Shown in pieces: positions 46,184-58,705 of a stretch of 64,000 bases of DNA. The position numbers and the translations under genes were made by a program. The notes beneath the pieces were generated by a model that was not told the origin of the DNA, did no database searches, and saw only the letters and a list, made by a program, of their open reading frames with translations. Within the stretch, counting starts at the first letter, position 1; each line of letters opens with the position of its first letter. Origin of the DNA: Eledone cirrhosa (taxonomy: Eukaryota); assembly GCA_964016885.1 (NCBI GenBank), contig OZ024744.1, positions 14,384,001 through 14,448,000 of the forward strand, given 5' to 3'.

Positions 46184-47556
46184 TATTATATAATCTCTAA
46201 AATATATTGACCACATCATTCCTATTATATAATCTATAACATCTCTTGAACACTTAATCCATATTATATAATCACTAACATATCCTTAACACATCATTCC
46301 TATTATATAATCTATAACATCACAGGAGCACATCATTCCTATTATATAATCTATAAAATCTCTTGAGCACATCATACCTATCATATAATCTCTAAAATAT
46401 CTTTAACACATCATTCCTATTATATAATCTATAACACCTCTTGAACACATCATACCTATTATATAATTTATAACACCTCTTGAATACATCATTCCTATTA
46501 TATAATATATATAATCTCTTGAACACATCATACATTTTATATAATCTATAAAATCTCTTGAACACATCATTCCTATTATATAATCTATAACATCTCTTGA
46601 ACACATCATACCTATTATATAATCTATAACACCTCTTGAACACATCATTCCTATTATATAATCTATCACATCTTTTCACAACATTCCTATTATATAATCT
46701 TTAACATCTCTTGAACACATCATTCCTTTTATATAATCTATAACATCTGTTCAACACATCATTCCTTTTATATAATCTATAACATCTCTTGAATACAGCA
46801 TTCCTATTATATAATCTATAACATCTCTTGGAAACATCATTCCTATTATATAATATATAACATCACAGGAACACATCATTCCTATTATATAATCTTTAAC
46901 ATATCTTGAATACATCACTCCTATTATATAATATATAACATCACAGGAACATATCATTGCTATTATATAATCTTTAACATACCTTGAACACATCACTCCT
47001 ATTATATAATATATAACATGACAGGAACACATCATTCCTATTATATAATCTTTAACATATCTTGAACACATCACTCCTATTATATAATCCATCACATCTC
47101 TTCACATGATTCCTATTATATAATCTATATCATCTCTTGAACACATCATTCCTATTATATAATCTATAACATATCTTGAACACATCATTACTATTATACA
47201 ATCTATAACATATCTTGAACACACCATTCCTATTATATAATTTATAACATCTCATGAACACATCAATCCTATTATATAATCTATAAAATCTCTTGAGCAC
47301 ATCATACCTATTATATAATCTATAAAATATCTTTAACACATCATTCCTATTATATAATCTATAACACCTCTTGAACACATCATAACTATTATATAATCTA
47401 TAACACCTCTTAAATACATCATTCCTATTATATAATATATATCATCTCTTGAACACATCATACATATTATATAATGTATAACATCTCTTCAACACATCAT
47501 TCCTATTATATAATATATAACATCTCATGAACACATCATTCCTTTTATATAATATA

Positions 47557-48045
47557 CTAGCATTAAAGCCCGGCGTTGCTCGAGGTCAGTAAGTTACCAA
47601 AGTTAGGTTGCACCACCCATTGTATGGCAGGACTTATTTGTCTGGCAGGCACTGGGGAATGAATTGCAGACCTGGACTGCCGAAGCAGGAGCTGCACCAG
47701 CAGTGACAATTGTAGTTTCGCCTATGGATATTATCTCTGTGCAAGAGCATTTCACACTCAATAACATACGTTCTCTTTCCCTCTCTCTCTCCCTCTGAAA
47801 GTTTAACCGAAGTATAGAGAGGTGATCAGATGCTATTAGAGGGGTAAAGTGCCATGTATTTAGTTTTATCGATTATTTCCGTAATTGGGGGGGAGTGTGA
47901 ATGGAATAATTAGTCGATGACCTATGTAAGACCATTTACAACATTCCTCCAGACGTTGAGTCGAATCGGTGTGACATTGTGCAAATGTATAAATATGGAA
48001 CAGGCACACACACACACACAACAACAACAATCTGTCATTTATAGG
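47557..48045 (-). mobile_element. Non-autonomous Helitron copy 1 (internal ~380-bp deletion)
   Basis: Minus-strand 3' end CCTCGAGCAACGCCGGG-CTTTAATG-CTAG|T (GC hairpin + CTAG). The 5' end is (C)CTATAAATGACAGATTG(TTG)n(TG)n. It lacks the central part seen in the other copies (junction GTGCAA|GAGCATTT ~47743). Confidence 0.8.
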
Positions 48046-49057
48046 TAATAATATATCTCTTGAGCACATCATTCCTATTATATAATCTATAAAATATCTT
48101 TAGCACATCATACCTATTATATACTCTTTAACACCGCTTGAACACGTCATTCCTATTATATAATCTATAACCTCTCTTCAACTCATCATTCCTATTATAT
48201 AATCTATATCATCTCTTGAAGACATCGTTCATATTTTATAATATATAACATCTCTTAAACACATCATTCATATTATATAATCTATAACATCTCTTGAACA
48301 CATAATTCCTATTATATAATATATAACATCTCTTAAACATATCATTCCTATTATATAATCTATAACATCTCTTGAACACATCATACCTATTATATAATCT
48401 ATAACATTTCTTGAACACATCATTCCTATTATATAATCTATAACATCTCTTAAACACATCATTCCTATTATATAATCTATAACATCTATTGAGCAGATCA
48501 TTCCTAATATATAATCTATAACATCTCTTCAACACATCAGTCCTATAATATAATCTATAACACCCTTGAACACATCATTCCCATTATATAATCTATAACA
48601 TCTCTTGTACACATCATTCCTATTATATAATCTATAACATCTCTTAAACACATCATTCCTATTATATAATCTATAACATCTATTGAGCAGATCATTCCTA
48701 ATATATAATCTATAACATCTCTTCACATCATTCCTATTATATAATCTATCACATCTCTTCACATCATTCCTATTATATAATCTATAACATCTCTTGTACA
48801 CATCATTCCTATTATATAATCTATAATATCAGAGGAACACATCATTCATATTATGTAATCTCTAAAATATCTTGAGCACATCATTTCTATTATATAATCT
48901 ATAACATGTCTTCAACACATCATTCCTATTATCTAATCTATAACATCTCTTCAACATATCATTCCTATTATATAATCTATAAAATATCTTGAGCACATTA
49001 TTCCTATTATATAATATATAACATCTCTTGAACACATCATTCCTTTTATATAATATA

Positions 49058-49672
49058 CTAGCATTAAAGCCCGGCGTTGCTCGGGGTCAGTAAGTTACCA
49101 ACGTTATGTTGCACCACCCATTTTATGGCAGCACTTTTTTGTTGGAAGGCACTGGGTGAATGAATTGCAGACCTGGACTTCCGAAGCAGGAGCTGTGCCA
49201 GCAGTGACAATTGTAGTTTCGCCTATGGACATTATCTCTGTGCAAAGAAGAGTTGAAATTTATTGTTTCACATTACTTACGCAACGCGCGCATAGACGAT
49301 GCCAGCCGAACAACAGAGCTGCGATGGAGTTGTTCTGCATGGTTGTCTAATGTGTGTTTTCTAAATTTAAGACAGTAGGGAGGGGTGTGATATGGGGGAG
49401 AGTTAGCTGCTGTTTCTAGCAGGTTTAGTGATCTCATAGAGGATATTATTGTATATAGTAAATGAACTGATGCTTCTTTCTTCCACATTCGTTGATAGAT
49501 GTTCTAAAAAAGATTTGTCACTATTTTTTTGTTGTTGAATAAATTTATCTGTTGCTTTTGAATAATTGTTGTTTTGTAAGAAAAGTATTAAGTTCTCTTT
49601 GTCATTGAAGTAAATAAATATTTGACCGATCCACACCCAATAACAACCGTTCTGTCTCCCCCTCTCTCCCTC

Positions 49673-49707
<35 letters not shown>

Positions 49708-49952
49708 GTTTAAGGGGAGTAGAGAGAGGTAATCAGATTGTACTAGATGGGTAAAGCGCCATGTATTAAGTTTTATCGATTATTTCCGTAATGCTGAATG
49801 AGTGTGAATGAAATAAATAGTCGGTTACCTATGTAAGAGCATTTACAACATTCTTACAGACGTTGATTCGAATCGGTTTGAAATTGTGCAAATGTATAAA
49901 AATGGAACATGCACACACACACACACAACAACAACAATCTGCCTTTTATAGA
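49058..49952 (-). mobile_element. Non-autonomous Helitron copy 2 (subtype B)
   Basis: Minus strand: A|TCTATAAAAGGCAGATTG(TTG)n(TG)n ... CCCGAGCAACGCCGGG-CTTTAATG-CTAG|T. It has the canonical Helitron 5'-TC, 3' hairpin, CTAG and A|T flanks, with no TSD or TIR. Confidence 0.87.
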
Positions 49953-51124
49953 TAATGATAACATCTCTTCAGCACATCATTCCTATTATATAATCTATAA
50001 CCAGTCTTCAACACATCATTCCTATTATAAAATATATAACATCTCTTAACACATCATTCCTATTATATAATCTATAATATCTCTTGAACACATCATTCCT
50101 ATTATATAATCTATAACATCTCTTGAACACATCATTCCTAATATATAATCTATCACATCTCTTCACTTCATTCCTGTTATATAATCTATAACATATCATG
50201 AGCACATCATTCCTATTATATAACCCATAACACCTCTTGAACACATCATTCCTATTATATAATCTATAACATCTCTTGAACACATCATTCCTATTATATA
50301 ATCTATAACATATCTTGAACACATCATTCCTATTATGTAATATATAAGATCTCTTCAACACATCATTCCTATTATATAATCCCTAACATCTCTACAACAC
50401 ATCATTCCTATTATATAATATATAACATCTCTTCACTACATCATTCCGATTATATAATCAATAACATCTCTTGAACACATCATTTTTATTATATAATCTA
50501 TAACATCTCTTCATCACATCATTCATATTATATAATCTATAACATCTCTTCAACATATCAGTCTTATTATATAATCTATAACACCTCTTGAACACATCAT
50601 TCCTATTATATAATACATAAGATCTCTTGCGCACATCATTCCTATTATATAATCTATATCACCTCTTGAACACATCATTCCTATTAAATATCCTATAACA
50701 CCTCTTGAACACATCATTCCTATTATATAATCTATAACATCTCTTGAGCACATCATTCCTATTATATAATCTATAACATCTCTTGAACACATCAATCCTA
50801 TTATATAATCTATAACATCTCTTGAGCACACCATTTCTATTATATAATCTATAACATCTCTTGAGCACACCATTTCTATTATATAATCTATAACATCTCT
50901 TGAAAACATCATTACTATTATATAATCTATATCATCTCTTCAATACATCATTCCTATTATATAATCTCTAAAATATCTTGAGCACATCATTCCTATTATA
51001 TAATCTATATCATCTCTTCAACACATCATTACTATTATACAATCTATAACATCCCTTGAACACATCGTTCCTATTATATAATCTATAACATCTTATGAAC
51101 ACATCATTACTATTATATAATATA

Positions 51125-52013
51125 CTAGCATTAAAGCCCGGCGTTGCTCGGGGTCAGTAAGTTACCAAAGTTTGGTTGCACCACCCATTTTATGGCAGCA
51201 CTTTTTTGTCTGGCAGGCACTAGGTGAATGGATTGCAGACCTGGACTGCCGAAGCAGGAGCTGCGCCAGCAGTGACAATTGTAGTTTGGCCTATGGATAT
51301 TATCTCTGTGGAAAGAAGTATTGAAATTTATTGTTTCACAGTACTTTCACAACACATGCATAGACGATGCCAGCCGGACAACAGAGCGGCGATGGTGTTG
51401 TTCTGCATGGTTGTCTAATGTGTGTTTTCTAAGTTTAAGACAGTTGGGAGGGGTGTTATATTGGGGAGAGTTAGCTGCTGTTTCTAGCAGGTTTAGTGAC
51501 CTCATAGAGGATATTATTGTGTATAGTAAATGATCTGATGCTTCTTTCTTCCACGTTCGTTGATAGATGTTATAAAAAAGATTTATCGCTATTTTTTTGT
51601 TGTTGAATAAATTTATCTTTTGCTTTTGAATAATTGTTGTTTGGTAAGAAATGTAATAAGTTCTCTTTGTCATTGAATTTAATATATGTTTGAGCATTTC
51701 ACACTCAATAACATACGTTCTCTCGCCCCCTATCTCCCCCCTCTCACTCTCTCTCTCTCTCTCTTAGAGTTTAAGGGGAGTAGAGAGAGGTGATCAGATT
51801 CTATTAGAGGGTTAAAGTGCCATGTATTTAGTTTTATCGATTATTTCCGTAATTGTGGGGGAGTGTGAATGAAATAATTAGTCGGTAACCTATGTAAGAC
51901 CATTCACAACATGCTTACAGACGTTGAGTCGAATCGGTGTTAGATTGTGCAAATGTATAAAAATGGAACATGCACACACACACGCACAACAACAACAATC
52001 TGCCTTTTATAGA
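51125..52013 (-). mobile_element. Non-autonomous Helitron copy 3 (subtype A)
   Basis: Same termini as copy 2 (plus strand CTAGCATTAAAGCCCGGCGTTGCTCGGG ... TGCCTTTTATAGA); colinear over its full length. Confidence 0.87.
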
Positions 52014-53337
52014 TAATAATAACATCTCATGGGCACATCATTCCTATTATATAATCTATACAATATCTTGAGCACATCATTCCTATTATATAATCTCTAA
52101 AATATATTCAACACATCATTCCTATTATATAATCTATAACCTCTCTTCAACACATCATTCCTATTATATAATAAATAACATCACTTAAACATATTATTCA
52201 TATTATATAATCTATAACATCTCTTGAACACATCATTCCTATTATATAATATATAACATCTCTTGAACACATCATTCCTATTATATAATCTATAACATCT
52301 CTTGAACATATCATTCCTATTATATAATCTATAACATTTCTTGAACACATCATTCCTATTATTAAATCTATACCATCCCTTGAACACATAATTCCTATTA
52401 TATAATCTATAATATCAGATGAACACATCCTTCCTATTATGTAATCTCTAAAGTTTCTTGAGCACATTATTCCTATTATATAATGTATAACACCAGTTGA
52501 ACACATCATTCCTATTATATAATCTATAACACCTCTTGAACCCATCATTCCTATTATATAATCTATAACGCATCTTGGGCACATCATTCCTATTATAAAA
52601 TCTATAACATCTCTTGAGAACATCATTCCTATTATATAATCCCTAAAATATCCTTAACACATCATTTCTATTATATAATATATAACATCTCTTGAACACA
52701 TCATTCCTATTATATAATCTATAACATCTCTTGAGCACATCATTCCTATTATATAATCTATAACATCTCTTTAACACATCATTCCTATTATATAATATAT
52801 AACATCTCTTAAACACATCATTCCTATTATATAATCTATAACATCTCTTGAACACATCATTCCTATTATATAATCTATAACATCTCTTGAACACATCATT
52901 CCTATTATATAATCTATAACATCTCTTGAACACATCATTCCTATTATATAATCTATAACATCTCTTCAACACATCATTCCTATTATATAATCTATAACAG
53001 CTCTTGAACACATCATTCCTATTATATAATTTATAACATCTCTTGAACACTTCATTAATATTACATAACATCACATGAACACATCATTCCTATTATATAA
53101 TCTATAACATCTCTTGAGCACATCATTCCTATTATATAATCTATAACATCTCTTGAACACATATTCCTATTATATAATCTATAATATCAGATGAACACAT
53201 CAATCCTATTATGTAATCTCTAAAATATCTTGAGAACATCATTCCTATTATATAATCTATATCATCATTTCAACACATCATTCCTATTATATAATCTATA
53301 ACATCTCATGAACACATCATTACTATTATATAATATA

Positions 53338-54225
53338 CTAGCATTAAACCCGGCGTTGCTCGGGGTCAGTAAGTTACCAATGTTAGGTTGCACCACACAT
53401 TTTATGGCAGCACTTTTTTGTTTTGAAGGCACTGGGTGAATGAATTGCAGACCTGGACTGCTGAAGCAGGAGCTGTGCCAGCAGTGGCAATTGTAGTTTC
53501 GCCTATGGACATTATCTCTGTGCAAAGAAGTGTTGAAATTTATTGTTTCACAATACTTGCGCAACACGCGCACAGACGATGCCAGCCAAACAACAGAGCT
53601 GCGATGGAGTTGTTCTGCATGGTTGTCTAATGTGTGTTTTTTAAATTTAAGACAGTAGGGAGGGGTGTGATATGGGGGAGAATTAGCTGCAGTTTCTAGC
53701 AAGTTTAGTGACCTCATAGAGGATATTATTTTGTATAGTAAATGAACTGATACTTCTTTCTTCTACGTTCGTTGATAGATGTTTTAAAAAAGATTTATCG
53801 CTTTTTTTTGTTGTTGAATATATTTATCTGTTGCGTTTGAATAATTGTTGATTCGTATGAAATGTAATAAGTTCTCTTTGTCATTGAAGTAAATAAATGT
53901 TTGACCGTTCCACACCCAATAACAAACGTTGTCTCTCCCTCCCTCTCTCCCTCTCACTCACTCTCTCTCTCATAAAGTTTAAGGGGAGTAGAGAGAGGTA
54001 ATCAGATTGTATTAGATGGGTGAAGCGCCATCTATTTAGTTTTATCGATTTTCTCCGTAATTGTGGGGGAGTGTGAATGAAATAAATAGTCGGTTACCTA
54101 TGTAAGACCATTTAGAACATTCTTACAGACTTTGAGTCGAATCGGTTTGAAATTGTGCAAATGTAAAAAAATGGAACATACACACACACGCACAACAACA
54201 ACAACAACAATCTGCCTTTTATAGA
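53338..54225 (-). mobile_element. Non-autonomous Helitron copy 4 (subtype B)
   Basis: Same termini. Shares GGACATT, TTGACCG, GGTAATCAG, AATCGGTTTGAAA and the right flank GATAATGATAAC with copy 2. Confidence 0.87.
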
Positions 54226-55354
54226 TAATGATAACATCTCTTCGGCACATAGTTCCTATTATATAATCTATTACACCTCTTGAACACGTCATTCCTATTA
54301 TATAATGTATAACATCTCTTGAACACATAATTCCTATTATAAAATCTATAACCTCTCTTTAACACATCATTCCTATTATATAATCTATAACATCTTTTGA
54401 ACACATCGTTCCTATTATATAATCTATAACATCAGATGAACACAGCATTCCTATTATTTAATCTCTAAAATATCTTGAGCACATTATTCCTATTATATAA
54501 TCTATAACATCTCTTGAACACATCATTCCTATTATATAATATATAACATCTCATGAGCACATCATTCCTATTATATAATCTATAACACCTCTTGAACACA
54601 TCATTCCTATTATATAATCTGTAACACCTCTTGAACACATCATTCCTATTATATAATCTATATCATCTCTTCACATCGTTCCTATTATATAATCTATAAT
54701 ATCTCTTGAGCAGATCATTCCTATTATAGAGTCCCTAAAATATCCTAACACATCATTCCTATTATATAATCTATAACATCACGGGAACACATCATTCCTA
54801 TTATATAATCTATAACATCTCTTCAACACATCAGTCCTATAATATAATCTATAACACCCTTGAACACATCATTCCCATTATATAATATATAACATCACAG
54901 TAACACATGATTCCTATTATGTAATCTATAACTTCTCTTGAACACATCATTCATATTATATAATCTATAACATCTCTTCAACACATCATTCCTATTATAT
55001 AATCTATAACATATCTTGAACACATCACGCCTATTATATAATTCATAACATCACATGAACACATCATTCCTATTCTATAATCTTCAACATATCTTGAACA
55101 CATCACTCCTATTATATAATCCATCACATCTCTTCACATGATTCCTATTATATAATATATAACATATCTTGAACACATCATTACTATTATATAATCTATA
55201 ACATTTCTTCAACACATCATTCCTATTATATAATCTATAACATATCTTGAACACATCATTACTATTATACAATCTATAACACCTCTTGAACACATCATTC
55301 CTATTATATAATCTATAACATCTCATGAACACATCATTCCTATTATATAATATA

Positions 55355-56220
55355 CTAGCATTAAAGCCCGGCGTTGCTCGGAGTCAGTAAGTTTCCAAAG
55401 TTAGGTTGCACCACCCATTTTATGGCAGCAAGTTTTTGTCTGGCAGGCACTGGGTGAAAGAATTGCAGACCTAGACAGCCGAAGCAGGATCTGCGCCAGC
55501 AGTGACAATTGTAGTTTCGCCTATGGATATTATCTCTGCAAAGAAGTCGTTGATATTTATTGTTTCACAGTACTTTCGCAACACGCGCATAGACGATGCC
55601 AGCCGAACAACAGAGCTGCGATGGAGTTGTTCTGCATGGTTGTCTAATGTGTGTTTTCTAAGTTTAAGACAGTAGGGAGGGGTGTTTATATTGGGGAGAG
55701 TTAGCTGCTGTTTCTAGCAGGTGTAGTGACCTCATAGAGGATATTATTGTGTCTAGTAAATGATCTGATGCTTCCTTCTTCCACGTTCGTTGATAGATGT
55801 TTTAAAAAAGATTTATCGCTATTTTTTTGTTGTTGAATAAATTTATCTTTTGCTTTTGAATAATTGTTGTTTCGTATGAAATGTAATAAGTTCTCTTTGT
55901 CATTGAAGTAAATAAATGTTTGAGCATTTCACACTCAATAACATAGGTTCTCTGTCCCTCTCTCTCCCTCTTAAAGTTTAAGGGGAGTAGAGAGAGGTGA
56001 TCAGATTCTATTAGAGGTTTAAAGCGCCATGTATTTAGTTTTATCGATTATTTCCGTAATTGTGTGGGAGTGTGAATGAAATAATTAGTCGTTGATCTAT
56101 ATAAGTCCATTCACAACATTCTTACAGACGTTGAGTCTAATAGGTCTCAGATTGTGCAAATGTATAAAAATGGAACATGCACACACACACGCACAACAAC
56201 AACAATCTGTCTTTTATAGA
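55355..56220 (-). mobile_element. Non-autonomous Helitron copy 5 (subtype A)
   Basis: Same termini. Shares GGATATT, TGAGCATTTC and GGTGATCAG with copies 1 and 3. Confidence 0.87.
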
Positions 56221-56993
56221 TAATAATAACATCTCATGAGCACATCATTCCTATTATATAATCTATAACACCTATTGAACACATCATTCCTATTATATAA
56301 TCTATAACCACTCTTCAACACATTATTCCTATTATATAATCTGTATCATCTCTTGAACACATCATTCCTATTATATAATCTATAACATCTCTTAAACACA
56401 TCATTCCTATTATATAATCTATAACATCTCTTGAAAACATCATTCCTATTATATAATCTATAACATCTCTTGAACACTTCATTACTATTACATAACATCA
56501 CATGAAAACATCATTCCTATTATATACTATATAACATCTCTTGAACACATCATTCCTATTATATAATATATAACATCTCTTGAACACATCATTCCTATTA
56601 TATAATGTATAACATCTCTTGAGCACATCATTGCTAATATATAATCTATCACATCTCTTTACATAATTCCGATTATATAATCTATAACATATCTTGAACA
56701 CATCATTCCTATTATATAATCGATCACATCTATTCACATGATTCCTGTTATATAATCTATAACATATCTTGAACACATCATTCCTATTATATAATATATA
56801 ACATCACATGAACACATCATTCCTATTATATAATCTATAATATCAGATGAACACATCATTCCTATTATGTAATCTATAACAACTCTTGAACACATCATTC
56901 CTATTATATAATTTATAACATCACATGAACACATCATTCCTATTATATAATCTATAACATCTCATGAACACATCATTCCTATTATACAATATA

Positions 56994-57952
56994 CTAGCAT
57001 TAAAGCCCGGCGTTGCTCGGGGTCAGTAAGTTACCAAAGTTAGGTTACACCACCCATTTTATGGCAGCACTTTTTTGTCTGGCAGGCACTGGGTGAATGA
57101 ATTGCAGACCTGGACTGCCGAAGCAGGAGCTGCGCCAGCAGTGACAATTATAGTTTCGCCTATGGATATTATTTCTGTGCAAAGAAGTGTCGAAATTTAT
57201 TGTTTCACAGTACTTGCGCAACACGCGCATAGACGATGCCAGCCAAACAACAGATCTGCGAAGGAGTTGTTCTGCATGGTTCTCTAATGTGTGTTTTCTA
57301 AATTTAAGACAGTATGGAGGGGTGTCAAATGGGGGAGAGTTAGCTGCTGTTTCTAGCAGGTTTAGTGACCTCATAGAGGATATGTTTTCTAAATTTAAGA
57401 TAGTAGGGAGTGGTGTGATATGGGGGAGAGTTAGTTGCTGTTTCTAGAAGGTTTAGTGACCTCATAGAGGACATTATTGTGTATAGTAAATGATATGATG
57501 CTTCTTTCTTCCACGTTCGTTGATAGATGTTTTAAAAAAGATTTATCGCTATTTTTTTGTTGTTGAATAAACTTATCTGTTGCTTTTGAATAATTGTTGT
57601 TTCGTATGAAATGTTATAAGTTCTTTTTGACATTGAAGTAAATAAATGTTTGAGCGTTCCACACTCAATAACATACGTTCTCTCTCCCTCTCTCTCCCTC
57701 TTAAAGTTTAAGGGGAGTAGAGAGAGGTGATCAGATGGTATTAGAGGGGTAAACGCCATGTATTGAGTTTTAAATATTTGTTCCGTAATTGGGGGGGGGG
57801 GAGTGTGAATGAAATAATTAGTCGTTAACCTATGTACGGCCATTTACAACATTCTTACAGACGTTGAGTCTAATCGGTGTGAGATTGTGCAAATGTATAA
57901 AAAAGGAACATGCACACACACACAACAACAACAACAATCTGCCTTTTATAGC
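56994..57952 (-). mobile_element. Non-autonomous Helitron copy 6 (subtype A, internal ~91-bp tandem duplication)
   Basis: Same 3' hairpin and CTAG. The segment TGTTTTCTAAATTTAAGA...CATAGAGGA occurs twice (from 57292 and from 57383). The 5' terminus is slightly degenerate (TTTTATAGCC). Confidence 0.85.
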
Positions 57953-58108
57953 CAATAACATCTCTTGAGCACATCATTCCTATTATATAATCTATCACAT
58001 CTCTTCACATCATTCCTATTATATAATCTATAACACCTCTTGAACACATCATTCCTATTATATAATCTATAACATCTCTTGAACACATCATTCCTTTTAT
58101 ATAATATA

Positions 58109-58705
58109 CTAGCATTAAAGTCCGGCGTTGCTCGGGGTCAGTAAGTTTCAAAAGTTAGGTTGCATCACCCATTTTATAGCAGCACTTAATTGTCTGGCAG
58201 GCACTGGGTGAATGAATTGCAGACCTGGACTGCCGAAGCAGGAGTTGTGCCAGCAGTGGCAATTGTAGTTTCGCCTATGGACATTATCTCTGTGCAAGAA
58301 GTGTTGAAATTTATTGTTTCACAGTACTTGCGTAACACGCGCATAGACGATGCCAGCCGAACAACAGAGCTGCGATGGAGTTGTTCTGCATGGTTGTCTA
58401 ATGTGTGTTTTCTCAATTTAAGACAGTAGGGAGGGCTATGATATGGGGGAGAGTTAGCTGCTGTTTCTAGCAGGTTTAGTGACCTCATAGAGGATATTAT
58501 TGTGTATAGTAAATGAACTGATGCTTCTTTCTTCCACGTTCGTTGATAGATGTTTTAAAAAAGATTTATTGCTATCTTTTTGTTGTTGAATATATTTATC
58601 TGTAGCTTTTGAATATGGGGTAGAGTTAGGTGCTGTTTCTAGCAGGTTTATTGACATCATAGAGGATATGTTTTCTAAATTTAAGACAGTAGGGAGTGGT
58701 GTGAT
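58109..58705 (-). mobile_element. Non-autonomous Helitron copy 7, 5'-truncated and rearranged, fused to a LINE
   Basis: The 3' end CTAGCATTAAAGTCCGGCGTTGCTCGGG is present. It is colinear to ~58613, jumps back to an internal segment, then ends at GGTGTGAT|GAAGAAG. Confidence 0.82.

Larger units (their letters stand above)
46152..58108. repeat. Satellite D: 39-bp tandem repeat (36-bp variant) in seven blocks separated by Helitron copies
   Basis: Consensus TATAACATCTCTTGAACACATCATTCCTATTATATAATC (39 nt; 13-aa periodicity RCYRLYNRNDVFK on the minus strand). Blocks: ~46152-47556, 48046-49057, 49953-51124, 52014-53337, 54226-55354, 56221-56993, 57953-58108. Confidence 0.98.

Noticed and set aside
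46392-56937. Cys/Tyr/Arg-rich 13-aa repeat ORFs
   Set aside because: They are translations of the 39-bp satellite; overlapping frames are both open and frequently interrupted.
1-58108. CRISPR-like array
   Set aside because: Monomers are contiguous with no unique spacers, there are no cas genes, and the context is eukaryotic.
49156-58488. Recurrent ~64-aa ORF MNELQTWT... as a multicopy small gene
   Set aside because: It lies inside the Helitron copies, starts at GTG, and is frameshifted or deleted in copies 1, 5 and 7. No recognisable motif.
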